64,000 bases of DNA. Origin: Candidatus Bilamarchaeaceae archaeon. GTDB taxonomy: Archaea > Micrarchaeota > Micrarchaeia > Anstonellales > Bilamarchaeaceae. The DNA is taken from assembly GCA_038851325.1 (NCBI GenBank), contig JAWCKZ010000002.1, positions 26,902 through 90,901 on the forward strand. Reading direction: 5' to 3'. Within the stretch, counting starts at the first letter, position 1. Each line of letters opens with the position of its first letter. The translations under genes and the position numbers were made by a program. This document shows, in pieces, positions 1-8,939 of this stretch. The notes beneath the pieces are model-generated. The model saw only the letters and a program-made list of their open reading frames with translations, was not told where the DNA came from and searched no databases.

Positions 1-124
1 TATCGTTTGTAGGGCTGGCGAGCATTTTCACTTAACGGCTCCAGCATAAAAGAAGTTCCGCCGAAGGCGAGAGCGCCGCAGGGCGTGGCAAAATTACGAA
101 GTAATTTTGAGTCGCGAGGGGTCG

Positions 125-685
125 CTACTCTAATTTTCTCTTTACCCACTCAACTGCTTTTTGGACATAATATTCTTTATCACTTTCAACATTTTTGATA
201 ATCTCTCTAATTTCATTTGTCAAACTTTTATCTTTCGTAAAATTAATTAATAGAACAATAGCAAATCTTCTTTCCCAGAGATTTTTAGATTTGACCAATT
301 TTTTAGAAATTCCAAATATTTCTTTTTGTTTTGTCTTTGTAATTCCTTTTATTCCTTGGGTTGCTAAGGTATCACAAGCAGCCCAGTCGACAATTTCCTT
401 CGCAAATTTTTCGATAAGCTGTAAAGTCTTTTCTGGATCTTTTTTACAAAGTTTCCCAAGTAATTTTGTTGCTAAAAGTTTTTCCTCAAATGACTTAGAT
501 TCCCATAGCTCTTCAACAAGGCCAAATCCGGCTGTTTTGTATTTTATAGCAAGTGAATTTAGTTCAGGAATTTTGACGCCATAAACTTTTTGAGAAGTTG
601 GAATAAATTTTTGAAAACTTGCTTTGACTTTTTCATTTGCTTTTGTTTGTAATATCTTTTTGATTTCTAGTAGCTCTTTTGGCAT
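125..685 (-). CDS. DNA alkylation repair protein (AlkD-like HEAT repeat); cassette gene
   Basis: YGVKIPEL, W..CD (DWAACD), W.RR (LWERRFAIV) and YVQKAVEW motifs of the AlkD family; very AT-rich. Confidence 0.85.
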   Translation of the reverse strand: MPKELLEIKKILQTKANEKVKASFQKFIPTSQKVYGVKIPELNSLAIKYKTAGFGLVEELWESKSFEEKLLATKLLGKLCKKDPEKTLQLIEKFAKEIVDWAACDTLATQGIKGITKTKQKEIFGISKKLVKSKNLWERRFAIVLLINFTKDKSLTNEIREIIKNVESDKEYYVQKAVEWVKRKLE

Positions 686-746
686 AATAGTCTAGTTGAA
701 GTGTCAGTATTTAATTATTTTTCCATTTGCGACCTCGAGCGATTAC

Positions 747-842
747 GCCTAACGTATGCACTTATACGCAATTTTCAGAAGAAAAAATTGGGGTGGAACC
801 GAGCGACAGAGCGAAGGCAGAACCGTATAAGCGCTGTTAGCA
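747..842. mobile_element. attC-like recombination hairpin 1
   Basis: GCCTAAC (747-753), arm GCACTTATACG (758-768), complementary arm CGTATAAGCGC (824-834), GTTAGCA (836-842). Confidence 0.65.
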
Positions 843-928
843 GATCAAAGTGCCCCGAGTGGGGCGTAGCGGAACGAGAGCGCAGCGTGGTTCGACGAAC
901 GAAGTGAGGAGAAAGTCCCGAGCCAGCC

Positions 929-1264
929 CTATGCAAGTTTTAGACCATTTTTAACCTTTCTTTCTGGAATGGCCAAAACAACATCTCCATTATCCAAAAC
1001 AAAACCAGTTGTAAGAACTTCGGAAATAAAATTTCCAATTTGTTTTGGCGGAAAATTAGTAACGCAAATAACTTGCTTACCTAACAATTCTTCCTTTTTA
1101 TACAAACTTGTAATTTGAGCACTTGATTTTTTGGTTCCATATTTACCAAAATCTATCAGTAATTTATATGCTGGTTTTTTAGCTTCTGGGAAGTCGTCTA
1201 CTTTGATAATTGTTCCAACTCTTATATCTACTTTTTCAAAATCGTCCCAAGTTATTTGTGTCAT
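929..1264 (-). CDS. csaA: CsaA / tRNA-binding protein (OB fold); cassette gene
   Basis: [38 protein letters not shown] motifs; start placed at MTQITW (alternative 1270). Confidence 0.9.
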   Translation of the reverse strand: MTQITWDDFEKVDIRVGTIIKVDDFPEAKKPAYKLLIDFGKYGTKKSSAQITSLYKKEELLGKQVICVTNFPPKQIGNFISEVLTTGFVLDNGDVVLAIPERKVKNGLKLA

Positions 1265-1317
1265 AAACATTAATAAAATCGATTAAGTTATAAATCTTGG
1301 GGCTGGCGAGGGATTGC

Positions 1318-1408
1318 ACATAACATATGCGATTAAGAAAGTTTTTCGACGATGGAGCAAAATTTAGGGGGGAATTCGCAGGATTTTTCCTCTTAATCGC
1401 TGTTAGGC
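1318..1408. mobile_element. attC-like recombination hairpin 2
   Basis: ACATAAC (1318-1324), arm GCGATTAAGA (1329-1338), perfect complement TCTTAATCGC (1391-1400), GTTAGGC (1402-1408) matching GTTRRRY. Confidence 0.7.
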
Positions 1409-1419
1409 GGCACAAGCAA

Positions 1420-2757
1420 TTACAGCATCCTCTCGAGATCCTTCGAATCAAAAAGCAGGACATCAGGCTCTTTGAATTTTTCTTTAAAGCTTTTGGCAAA
1501 TATCGCATAAATCTGCTTTTCACTTTTCCATTGAACTAATGCAGCCTTTTCTTTTAGTTCAGCCAAGATAGTCCTAGCATCAACTCTATTCTGCCATTTG
1601 CACTCTGCGAATAAAATTTCTTTATTCCTTTCATTTAAGGCCACAATATCTATCTCTTTGTCTTTATGCCACCATTTTCCTATTTTCGTTGGCTTGAATA
1701 TTTTTGCCTCTAGTATGAATTCTTTGCATATATTCTCAAAAGCCTTGCCTACATAGGCATTAAGTTCTTGCTTAATTGAACCGAAAACTTCTTTCTGCAA
1801 GCCTTGCTCTATTGCAGACTTGTTTTTGAAAATAAACTTGAACCAAAAGCTATAGAAATTGTCTTTAATCTTGTATCTTGTTGTTTTTGCTTTTAACTTT
1901 CTAGCTATTACTGGAATTTCTTTTTCAATAAGACCTACTCTTTCCAAAACCGATAAATATTTCGGGAGTTTATAACTTTGTATTTTGCTAACCTCTGCTA
2001 TTTCGACAAATTTTATGTATCCGTCTGCTATAGCTGAAAGTATAGAAGTATATGGTGCAGGGGTTCTAAACTCCTCAAACAGAAGATTAAGAGGTTCATT
2101 GTATAAAAAAGATGTCTTATCCAAAATCTTCTTTTTTATGTTTTCATCTATACTTAATTTTGGGTCGAATTCCTCCAGATATCGCGGGACCCCCCCTAGA
2201 ATCGAATAGGCCTCTACAAGCTGTTCAATTTTATAATCTGGAAAGAAATCTTTGATAAACTTAAACTTCAGCGGCAAAATGTGCATCTCCATAGTCTTTC
2301 TGCCATAAAGAGCAGAGCCGTAGCCCATTGCAATCTTGTATATCGCGGATATTATCGAGCCACAGAGAATCAACTTTTTATCAGTACCTTTTAGCTTTTC
2401 CCACCATCTCTGCGCAATCGTGGGCCATGCCCTATTGACTTGGTAAAGATATTGGAATTCATCTATTATAATTATTTTGTGCCTGCTTTTGTAGAGAAAT
2501 TCAAAAAAGTCATCCCATGTGTTAAATTTTACAAATTCTTCCATGACCTGCTTTGAGAGGACATCAAGTATGTTCTCTGATATATCCGCCAGCAAGTAGA
2601 GCGCATCCGTCTTTTTTGCAAATTCGACCAGCAGTCTGCTCTTTCCGACTCTCCGCCTGCCATAAATCAGGGCTAGCTCTGCTCTCTTTGATCTTGCTAG
2701 CTCTAACAACCTGCCAAGCTCCTCAGCCCTGTTAATAAACATTATCATAATAATCAT
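1420..2757 (-). CDS. Archaeal AAA+ ATPase with wHTH and DUF234 / restriction-endonuclease-like C-terminus
   Basis: FINRAEEL, YGRRRVGKS Walker A, IIDEFQYL Walker B, GGVPRYL, EIDIVA...ECKW. Confidence 0.9.
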   Translation of the reverse strand: MIIMIMFINRAEELGRLLELARSKRAELALIYGRRRVGKSRLLVEFAKKTDALYLLADISENILDVLSKQVMEEFVKFNTWDDFFEFLYKSRHKIIIIDEFQYLYQVNRAWPTIAQRWWEKLKGTDKKLILCGSIISAIYKIAMGYGSALYGRKTMEMHILPLKFKFIKDFFPDYKIEQLVEAYSILGGVPRYLEEFDPKLSIDENIKKKILDKTSFLYNEPLNLLFEEFRTPAPYTSILSAIADGYIKFVEIAEVSKIQSYKLPKYLSVLERVGLIEKEIPVIARKLKAKTTRYKIKDNFYSFWFKFIFKNKSAIEQGLQKEVFGSIKQELNAYVGKAFENICKEFILEAKIFKPTKIGKWWHKDKEIDIVALNERNKEILFAECKWQNRVDARTILAELKEKAALVQWKSEKQIYAIFAKSFKEKFKEPDVLLFDSKDLERML

Positions 2758-2973
2758 TATTATAATCTTGTATTTAAAACTTTTGGTCTGGTGTTGTAAT
2801 TGTTTCTCCTGAATTAATGTTACCTCGCTGACTTACTTTCATTTTATTCAGCTTCTTCATAATCTGAAGAGTCCTTCCGAATTTATCAAGGTAACCTTAT
2901 TTCGGGATAATACAATATAAATTTTTATTGCGGGGCGGAGTGAATTACGCCTCACAACTATTAAGCGAGATTT

Positions 2974-3363
2974 TCATTGCGAAACAGCCCTTTTTGAAAG
3001 CTCATCCGCCTCTTCGTTTTGCTCGCGCGAGATATGCTCAACTTTCACATTCATGCCGAACATAAGGCCGTCCACCTTTGCCTTCAACGGCTTGAGCTTT
3101 CTGTCCTTCACCTTATACTCTCCACTCATCTGGCGGGCAAGCAGCTGACTGTCCGTCCTTATGTGAACCTCTTTTTCTCTCATTTTTTTCGCAATTTCAA
3201 GTGCTCTGATGAGCGCAAGATACTCTGCTATGTTATTAGTTCCCTCACCGACATATTCGCTTATTTCAAGTATCTTCTTTTTGTCCTTGTAGACAACCAG
3301 GCCTATGCCCATAGGCCCAGGATTTCCAAAGCATGCGCCATCTGTATAGATTATAAGCGCCAT
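2974..3363 (-). CDS. rnhA: Ribonuclease HI
   Basis: YTDGACFGNPG, TNNIAEY, TDSQL, REQNEEADELS. Confidence 0.95.
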   Translation of the reverse strand: MALIIYTDGACFGNPGPMGIGLVVYKDKKKILEISEYVGEGTNNIAEYLALIRALEIAKKMREKEVHIRTDSQLLARQMSGEYKVKDRKLKPLKAKVDGLMFGMNVKVEHISREQNEEADELSKRAVSQ

Positions 3364-3400
3364 AATTCATCCCACCTTCTTTATGAAAGTGTAAGTTTTA

Positions 3401-3466
3401 TTACTTCCGCTTTTTTATTAGAATCTCGGAAGTTACTTCCGCTTTTTATAAATCATATAGGAAGTA
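3401..3466. repeat. Two tandem 32-bp units, each ACTTCC-N19-GGAAGT
   Basis: TTACTTCCGCTTTTT at 3401 and 3433; GGAAGT at 3428 and 3460. Confidence 0.75.
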
Positions 3467-3572
3467 GGGCTGCTTGCTCCGCTCCGGCCCGAGCATGCAC
3501 CATCTGCGTATATAATGAGAGTAAGGATTTTTCTCTGCAAGCGATTTAAATCCTTCTTATGGCTAATTTATT

Positions 3573-4205
3573 TTATCGTGGCAACTTGTTCTCCTTTCCC
3601 CACGCAACGATAAGTGCGTGGTATTCGTTGAATGTACGGTAGTCCTTTCTCAGATTGCTCTCGAAAAATTTCCTATAATCTTCATAGCTTCCGCTGACCG
3701 GAAGGTCATGCGCTGCGCAGAATCGCCTTGTGTACGCATCGATGACAAAAATCGGCTTCTTAAAGGCATAGAGGATTATGGAATCGGTAGTTTCCGGTCC
3801 GAGCCCGCGGATGGAAAGCAGAAATTCTCTCATGGATTCTGTTCCCTCTTTATGATCAAGCGATGGCCAACGGACAGCCAACTCTTTAAGTCGCCTTGTT
3901 TTTTGGTTGTAGTAACCTGAAGGCCGGATAAGATTTGCAATCTGATAATCTGACGCAGATGCCAATTGTCTGGCATCAAGCTTGCCTTCTCTGTATAAAT
4001 TAAGAAGAGCCTTTTCTGCATTCTTCCAATTTGTGTTTTGTGTAAGTATCGCGCCAGCAGCTATCTGAAATCTTTGCTCCTCGTTTGTTGGTAAGGCGTA
4101 GTTTCCAGGATGATATCTGCATTTACCATCTTGAATGATCGGCCACCAGCCCTGCTTGCCATAGGTTTTGAGTAGTTTTCGATAAAGCTCACTAACCTTG
4201 CTCAT
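3573..4205 (-). CDS. Endonuclease III-related HhH-GPD DNA glycosylase without FeS motif
   Basis: GAILTQNTNW.NAEKA, IRPSGYYNQK, LLSIRGLGPETTDSIILYA, VIDAYTRR, EYHALIV. Confidence 0.9.
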   Translation of the reverse strand: MSKVSELYRKLLKTYGKQGWWPIIQDGKCRYHPGNYALPTNEEQRFQIAAGAILTQNTNWKNAEKALLNLYREGKLDARQLASASDYQIANLIRPSGYYNQKTRRLKELAVRWPSLDHKEGTESMREFLLSIRGLGPETTDSIILYAFKKPIFVIDAYTRRFCAAHDLPVSGSYEDYRKFFESNLRKDYRTFNEYHALIVAWGKENKLPR

Positions 4206-4396
4206 AATGGAGATTTGAATAAAAAAGATTTAAAGAATAATCCAGCAATCTTTAATCAGAGCCTGTTGCAAATTATCTAGTGGAATACCATTATTCTATA
4301 AGAGAGGACAAGTAGCAGCCTTGCTGCGTGATGAGCGCGCGGGGGAAATCTTTTAATTTGCAACACCGTATTTATCCGCATATCAAAGGGGTATTC

Positions 4397-6763
4397 ATGC
4401 AAAAATACTACGACCGAGAGATAGAAAAAAAATGGCAGAAATATTGGGAGGAGAACGGAACATACGGGTTTGATGAAGACGATGACGTCAAGCCTGTGTT
4501 TTCCATAGACACGCCACCACCGTTCACCAGCGGGGAGCTCCACATGGGGCATGTGCTGTCATACAGCTATTTTGATTTTGCAGCGCGCTACAAAAGGATG
4601 AGGGGCTTTAATGTCTACTACCCACAAGGATGGGACTGCCAAGGATTCCCAACAGAAGTGCGTGTTGAAAAGAAATACGGAAGACTTCCGTCAGTTGAAT
4701 TCAGACAAAAATGCGTGGAATGGACCGGAGAATTCATAGCACGAATGAAATCGCAGATGATAGAACTTGGCTTCAGCGCTGATTGGAGATACGAGTACAA
4801 GACTATGGATCCTGAGTATCACAGAAAGGTTCAACTCTCGCTTATTAAGATGTACCGCGACAAACTCATCTATCGTGCAAAATATCCGGTTTACTGGTGC
4901 CCAAAGTGCGTTTCAGCAATCGCAAAAGCAGAGCTTGACGATGTTGAAAAGCAGGGAACGCTGAATTACATAAAATTCAAAGGACCGGAAGATGAGGACC
5001 TGATTATTGCTACGACGCGACCGGAGCTGCTTCATGCATGCGTTGCAGTGCTTTTCCATCCTGATGACACGCGATACAGGCACTTGGAGGGAGAATGGAT
5101 AACAACGCCGCTGGGAAAGGATGTCGTTGTGTTGGCTGATCCTGAGGTCGACAAGGAGTTCGGTACTGGGCTTGTAATGGTATGCACCTTCGGCGACAAG
5201 ATGGATGTTGTGTGGGCGCACAGGTATAAACTGCCGGTGGTGGATGCTCTGGATAAGTACGGTAGACTTATGAACGCCGGCGAATTTGACGGCAAAAAAA
5301 CAGAGGAAGCAAAAAAGGCAATCATCGAAAAACTCGAAGCAGAGGGCAAGGTGGTAAAGAAGGAGCCTCTTCGGCAAACCGTTAAGGTCCATGACAGATG
5401 CGGGACTCCAGTGGAGCTTATCAATTCGATGCAATGGTTCGCTGACATAAAAACAACCGGGAAGCGCATAAAAGAGATGGCGCACAGGATAAAATGGATT
5501 CCTGATTTCGGCATAAGCTATCTCATCGACTGGGTCGAAGGAGCGGAATGGGACTGGGTTATCAGCAGACAACGGGCATTTGGAACTCCTCTTCCATTTT
5601 ACTACTGCGAAAAATGCGAAAGAACAGATGCTGCCGAAGAGCACGAACTTCCTTTCTACCCAGAAAGGGCAAAGCCAAAGGCGTGCGTGTGCGGGGCGGA
5701 GATGAAACCAGAAACAAGCGTGTGCGACTGCTGGGTAGATTCCTCTATAACCCCGCTCGTTATAAGTGGCTGGCCTGATGATGAAAAACGGTTTGCGCGG
5801 CTTTATCCAAATACATTAAGGCCACAGGGTGTCGAGATCGTTCGCACCTGGGCATTTTACACGATTTACAGAAGCGGGGTTGCGTTAACTGGTATTCCTC
5901 CATGGAGGGAGATATTGCTCAACGGGAATGTTCTCGCACCAGATGGGAAAAAAATGTCAAAATCCCTTGGAAATGTAATCTCACCCGCAGAGCTTCTTCA
6001 AAGCTATCCTGCCGACGCGATTCGCCAGTGGGCTGCGATGAGTGGCGCCATGGCAAAGGACAGGCCTTTCAGTTATGAAGATCTGAAATTTGCAAAATCG
6101 TTTTTGACGAAACTATGGAATGCAGCAAGTTTTATCCAACTCAACATAAAGGGATATAAAAGAGCAGACGAGGACGTGCGTATGATAACTATAATTGATA
6201 GATGGATTCTTCAAAAACTCAACGCCCTTATAGTAAGCTACACAACTCTAATGGAAGGATACGATTATCAAAAAGCGATATATGCCCTTCATGATTTCTT
6301 TTGGCATGATTTTTGTGATCATTATCTTGAGTACGTAAAGCATAGAGTATACGGTAGTGATGAAAGCGCGAAGAGGGGCGTTCTCTTCACATTGGTAACC
6401 GTGCTTGAGAACGTGCTTCTGTTACTCGCTCCGATAACTCCGCACATAACAGAAGAGCTTTATCATGAAGTTTTGGGAAGAAGGGAGAGCGTTCACAGCG
6501 CGAGATGGCCTGAAGTTGTGCACGGTGTGGAGGGGGATACAAGGCCAGCAGAGATATTAAAAGAAACGATAATACAGATAAGGCAGCATAAGGCAGCAGC
6601 GCGTCTTCCGCAAAACGCAGAATTAGAAAAAATTATTATAACGGACACGAAGGAAAATCTTGGTCTGTTTGGGCCGGAAATAATCAATGAGATAAAGAAT
6701 ATTGGGAAGATAAAGAGCGTGGAATTGAAAGAGGGGCCCGCCTTTCATGTTTCTGTTGTTTAA
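4397..6763 (+). CDS. valS: Valine--tRNA ligase
   Basis: IDTPPP..SGELHMGH, GTGLVMVCTFGD, DWVISRQR, KMSKS; start moved to MQKYY after GGGG RBS. Confidence 0.95.
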   Translation: MQKYYDREIEKKWQKYWEENGTYGFDEDDDVKPVFSIDTPPPFTSGELHMGHVLSYSYFDFAARYKRMRGFNVYYPQGWDCQGFPTEVRVEKKYGRLPSVEFRQKCVEWTGEFIARMKSQMIELGFSADWRYEYKTMDPEYHRKVQLSLIKMYRDKLIYRAKYPVYWCPKCVSAIAKAELDDVEKQGTLNYIKFKGPEDEDLIIATTRPELLHACVAVLFHPDDTRYRHLEGEWITTPLGKDVVVLADPEVDKEFGTGLVMVCTFGDKMDVVWAHRYKLPVVDALDKYGRLMNAGEFDGKKTEEAKKAIIEKLEAEGKVVKKEPLRQTVKVHDRCGTPVELINSMQWFADIKTTGKRIKEMAHRIKWIPDFGISYLIDWVEGAEWDWVISRQRAFGTPLPFYYCEKCERTDAAEEHELPFYPERAKPKACVCGAEMKPETSVCDCWVDSSITPLVISGWPDDEKRFARLYPNTLRPQGVEIVRTWAFYTIYRSGVALTGIPPWREILLNGNVLAPDGKKMSKSLGNVISPAELLQSYPADAIRQWAAMSGAMAKDRPFSYEDLKFAKSFLTKLWNAASFIQLNIKGYKRADEDVRMITIIDRWILQKLNALIVSYTTLMEGYDYQKAIYALHDFFWHDFCDHYLEYVKHRVYGSDESAKRGVLFTLVTVLENVLLLLAPITPHITEELYHEVLGRRESVHSARWPEVVHGVEGDTRPAEILKETIIQIRQHKAAARLPQNAELEKIIITDTKENLGLFGPEIINEIKNIGKIKSVELKEGPAFHVSVV

Positions 6764-6829
6764 CACGCGCTTTGGCAAGCCTACCACCTATCCAAAACCC
6801 TTTTAAACCAGAATCCGCAGTATGATATC

Positions 6830-6991
6830 ATGGCAGAAGAAAAGGTAACAATGCCAATGACATCGGCCGGTATTTTAGGTTTTTCACCAGATATAAGATT
6901 GAGCGGATTTGAGATAGATCCAAAGACAATAATAGTCGTGGTTTTTGCGTTAGTTCTGCTAATAAAATTCGCCGGTGTTATCATTCGCTGA
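6830..6991 (+). CDS. secG: Preprotein translocase subunit Sec61beta (53 aa, absent from ORF track)
   Basis: Own translation MAEEKVTMPMTSAGILGFSPDIRLSGFEIDPKTIIVVVFALVLLIKFAGVIIR; SAGI..F / IDP + TM helix signature. Confidence 0.9.
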   Translation: MAEEKVTMPMTSAGILGFSPDIRLSGFEIDPKTIIVVVFALVLLIKFAGVIIR

Positions 6992-6992
6992 A

Positions 6993-8126
6993 CTATTGCT
7001 CACTGAGCCCGGCGAGTGTCTTGGCTATCAAATCTCCGTATCTTTTTTTATCCTCTTCCTTCGCAAGAACTAAGATTTTTCTTCTTCTTTTTTCGGCATC
7101 CGCAAGAGAAGAAACTAAATCGGAAAGCTCTATGAGCGGAACCCTTTTACCATTCTTTAGGAGAACATTAAGACCAACAGATTTTGAGAATGGAGTAGGG
7201 TAATCAAATATTATATCACATCCAAACTTCTCACTCATTTCTTTTTCAATTGCTTTTGCTTTCTTTTCGCTCATGCTCTTTTCAGGAATTTCAGTTATTT
7301 CTTTGTATAACCTTCTTTTGAGCAGTCCTTCTGCGTATGGCCTTGCAGCCTTTGATTCGACCATTCGCCAATATCCAACATCATCGCCTATCCATATAAA
7401 ATCCTCAGGCGCCATGGCTCCCTCTTCTATAGCGCACTCTATCGCTCTCTGAAGCATTGCTGTGGCTATTCTAACAGTCTTGTGCAGATAGACAGTAGCA
7501 AACATCATAAATCGTGCGACAAGGAGGGATTCTGCAGCTTCCATTCCGCCCTCAGTGATGCAAAGTTCCTTCTCAAAGATTTTCATGGTATGCACTAATC
7601 TATCTATATCTATTATGCCGTAAGCAACACCAGTGTTGAGCGCATCTCTTTTTAAGTAATCCATTCTGTCTGCTCCGATGTCTGTCTCTACAATCATCCC
7701 TTTGCTGCTGCCAAACATATCTGCGATCTCCTTTGCTCTGTAATTTTCGTTCAAGATGTCTGCTACAGCGCTCCGTTGTATAAACTCTTTTCCTATTTTT
7801 TCATGATTTCCTATGTATCGCTTTAGGACGTCCTCGCCCTCGTGCGAAAAGGCCGGATGACCTATATCGTGAAGAAGACCGAACAACTTTATCTTCGCGC
7901 GTTCATCTCTGTCATTGACCAACTTATCTGCAATAACAGAAGCCAAATGCGCTGTTCCGAGCGCATGCTCAAAGCGGGTGTGGTTTGCTCCTGGATAAAC
8001 GAGATTTGTCACTGACATCTGTCTTATGCGTCTAAGCCGCTGGAACTCTGCAGTGTCTATTATTCTTTCTTCTATTTCGTTAAACTCTATTGTGCCGTAT
8101 ACCTCATCTTTTATTATTGCCATCAT
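6993..8126 (-). CDS. HD-domain phosphohydrolase (SAMHD1/dNTPase-like)
   Basis: FQRLRRIRQ, YPGANHTRFEH, LLHDIGH..FSH, ADRMDYLKRD. Confidence 0.9.
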   Translation of the reverse strand: MMAIIKDEVYGTIEFNEIEERIIDTAEFQRLRRIRQMSVTNLVYPGANHTRFEHALGTAHLASVIADKLVNDRDERAKIKLFGLLHDIGHPAFSHEGEDVLKRYIGNHEKIGKEFIQRSAVADILNENYRAKEIADMFGSSKGMIVETDIGADRMDYLKRDALNTGVAYGIIDIDRLVHTMKIFEKELCITEGGMEAAESLLVARFMMFATVYLHKTVRIATAMLQRAIECAIEEGAMAPEDFIWIGDDVGYWRMVESKAARPYAEGLLKRRLYKEITEIPEKSMSEKKAKAIEKEMSEKFGCDIIFDYPTPFSKSVGLNVLLKNGKRVPLIELSDLVSSLADAEKRRRKILVLAKEEDKKRYGDLIAKTLAGLSEQ

Positions 8127-8938
8127 ATCGCCGCGTACACGCCTTTTCTTTTCTCTATGACGTCTCCTGCCTCTGCAAGGATATGAAGCACCGTGCGAAC
8201 TGCATCTGGTTCAACTCTTAGGTTCGCGGCTATCTCTTCTATGTTTCTTTCCTTGTCCAGCTGTTTGAGTATAAGTGGGGACATCATTTCAAAATAGTCA
8301 GTTTTAGCGATGTAGAATTTACCATCAAAGCCCCTTAATCCCTTTATCTGACCTGCCTTTATCTCATTCTTGTGCCGATTTATTATTTCTTGAAGATCTT
8401 TTGAGGTTCCTATAACATATCCGTGTTGCTCAAGCGGGTCAACCATCTCTTTTTTTATCTCCTTTTTTCCAGTGTTGCTGGTGGCCACTGCTTCGATCCT
8501 ATTCTGAACATCGTGCTTGGCGCCTGCTGTTTCTTTTTTTAGTACCTCCTTCCCATAAAGAAGTCCATATATTTTATCATTTATATTGTACACGCCATTT
8601 GGATATTTCTTACTCTTAAACAAGTTTATAAATGCCTTTTTTTCAAGTTCTTTTAAAGTTTCTTTCTCTTCCTGGGAAAGTACCCTTTCCACATATGCTG
8701 GTGTTCTGTTTTGGAATCTTATTGAAAGGAGACGTTTGAGAACGCGTTTCTCTGCCTCATTTGGTACATGGAAGCCTTTCTCCGCTTTCTCTTCCCTGAG
8801 ATTTTCTGCCGTATTGCCAAGCGGAATGCTTAAAAGATAGTAGCCATCTCTAAGCTTGAAGACCTCTGCGTTTTCAAACAGTGAGAACTCCTCTGGAAGT
8901 TCTATATACGCCTTTCCCCCCTTTTTTATTATTCTCAT
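8123..8938 (-). CDS. Hypothetical protein, AbrB-like N-terminus and C-terminal winged helix
   Basis: MRIIKKGGKAYIELPEEF start; IEEIAANLRVEPDAVRTVLHILAEAGDV wHTH; directly downstream of cdc6. Confidence 0.6.
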   Translation of the reverse strand: MRIIKKGGKAYIELPEEFSLFENAEVFKLRDGYYLLSIPLGNTAENLREEKAEKGFHVPNEAEKRVLKRLLSIRFQNRTPAYVERVLSQEEKETLKELEKKAFINLFKSKKYPNGVYNINDKIYGLLYGKEVLKKETAGAKHDVQNRIEAVATSNTGKKEIKKEMVDPLEQHGYVIGTSKDLQEIINRHKNEIKAGQIKGLRGFDGKFYIAKTDYFEMMSPLILKQLDKERNIEEIAANLRVEPDAVRTVLHILAEAGDVIEKRKGVYAAI

Positions 8939-8939
8939 T

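Noticed and set aside
701..907. 68-aa ORF (and 1327-1539) on the + strand
   Set aside because: Shadow ORFs across the structured cassette spacers
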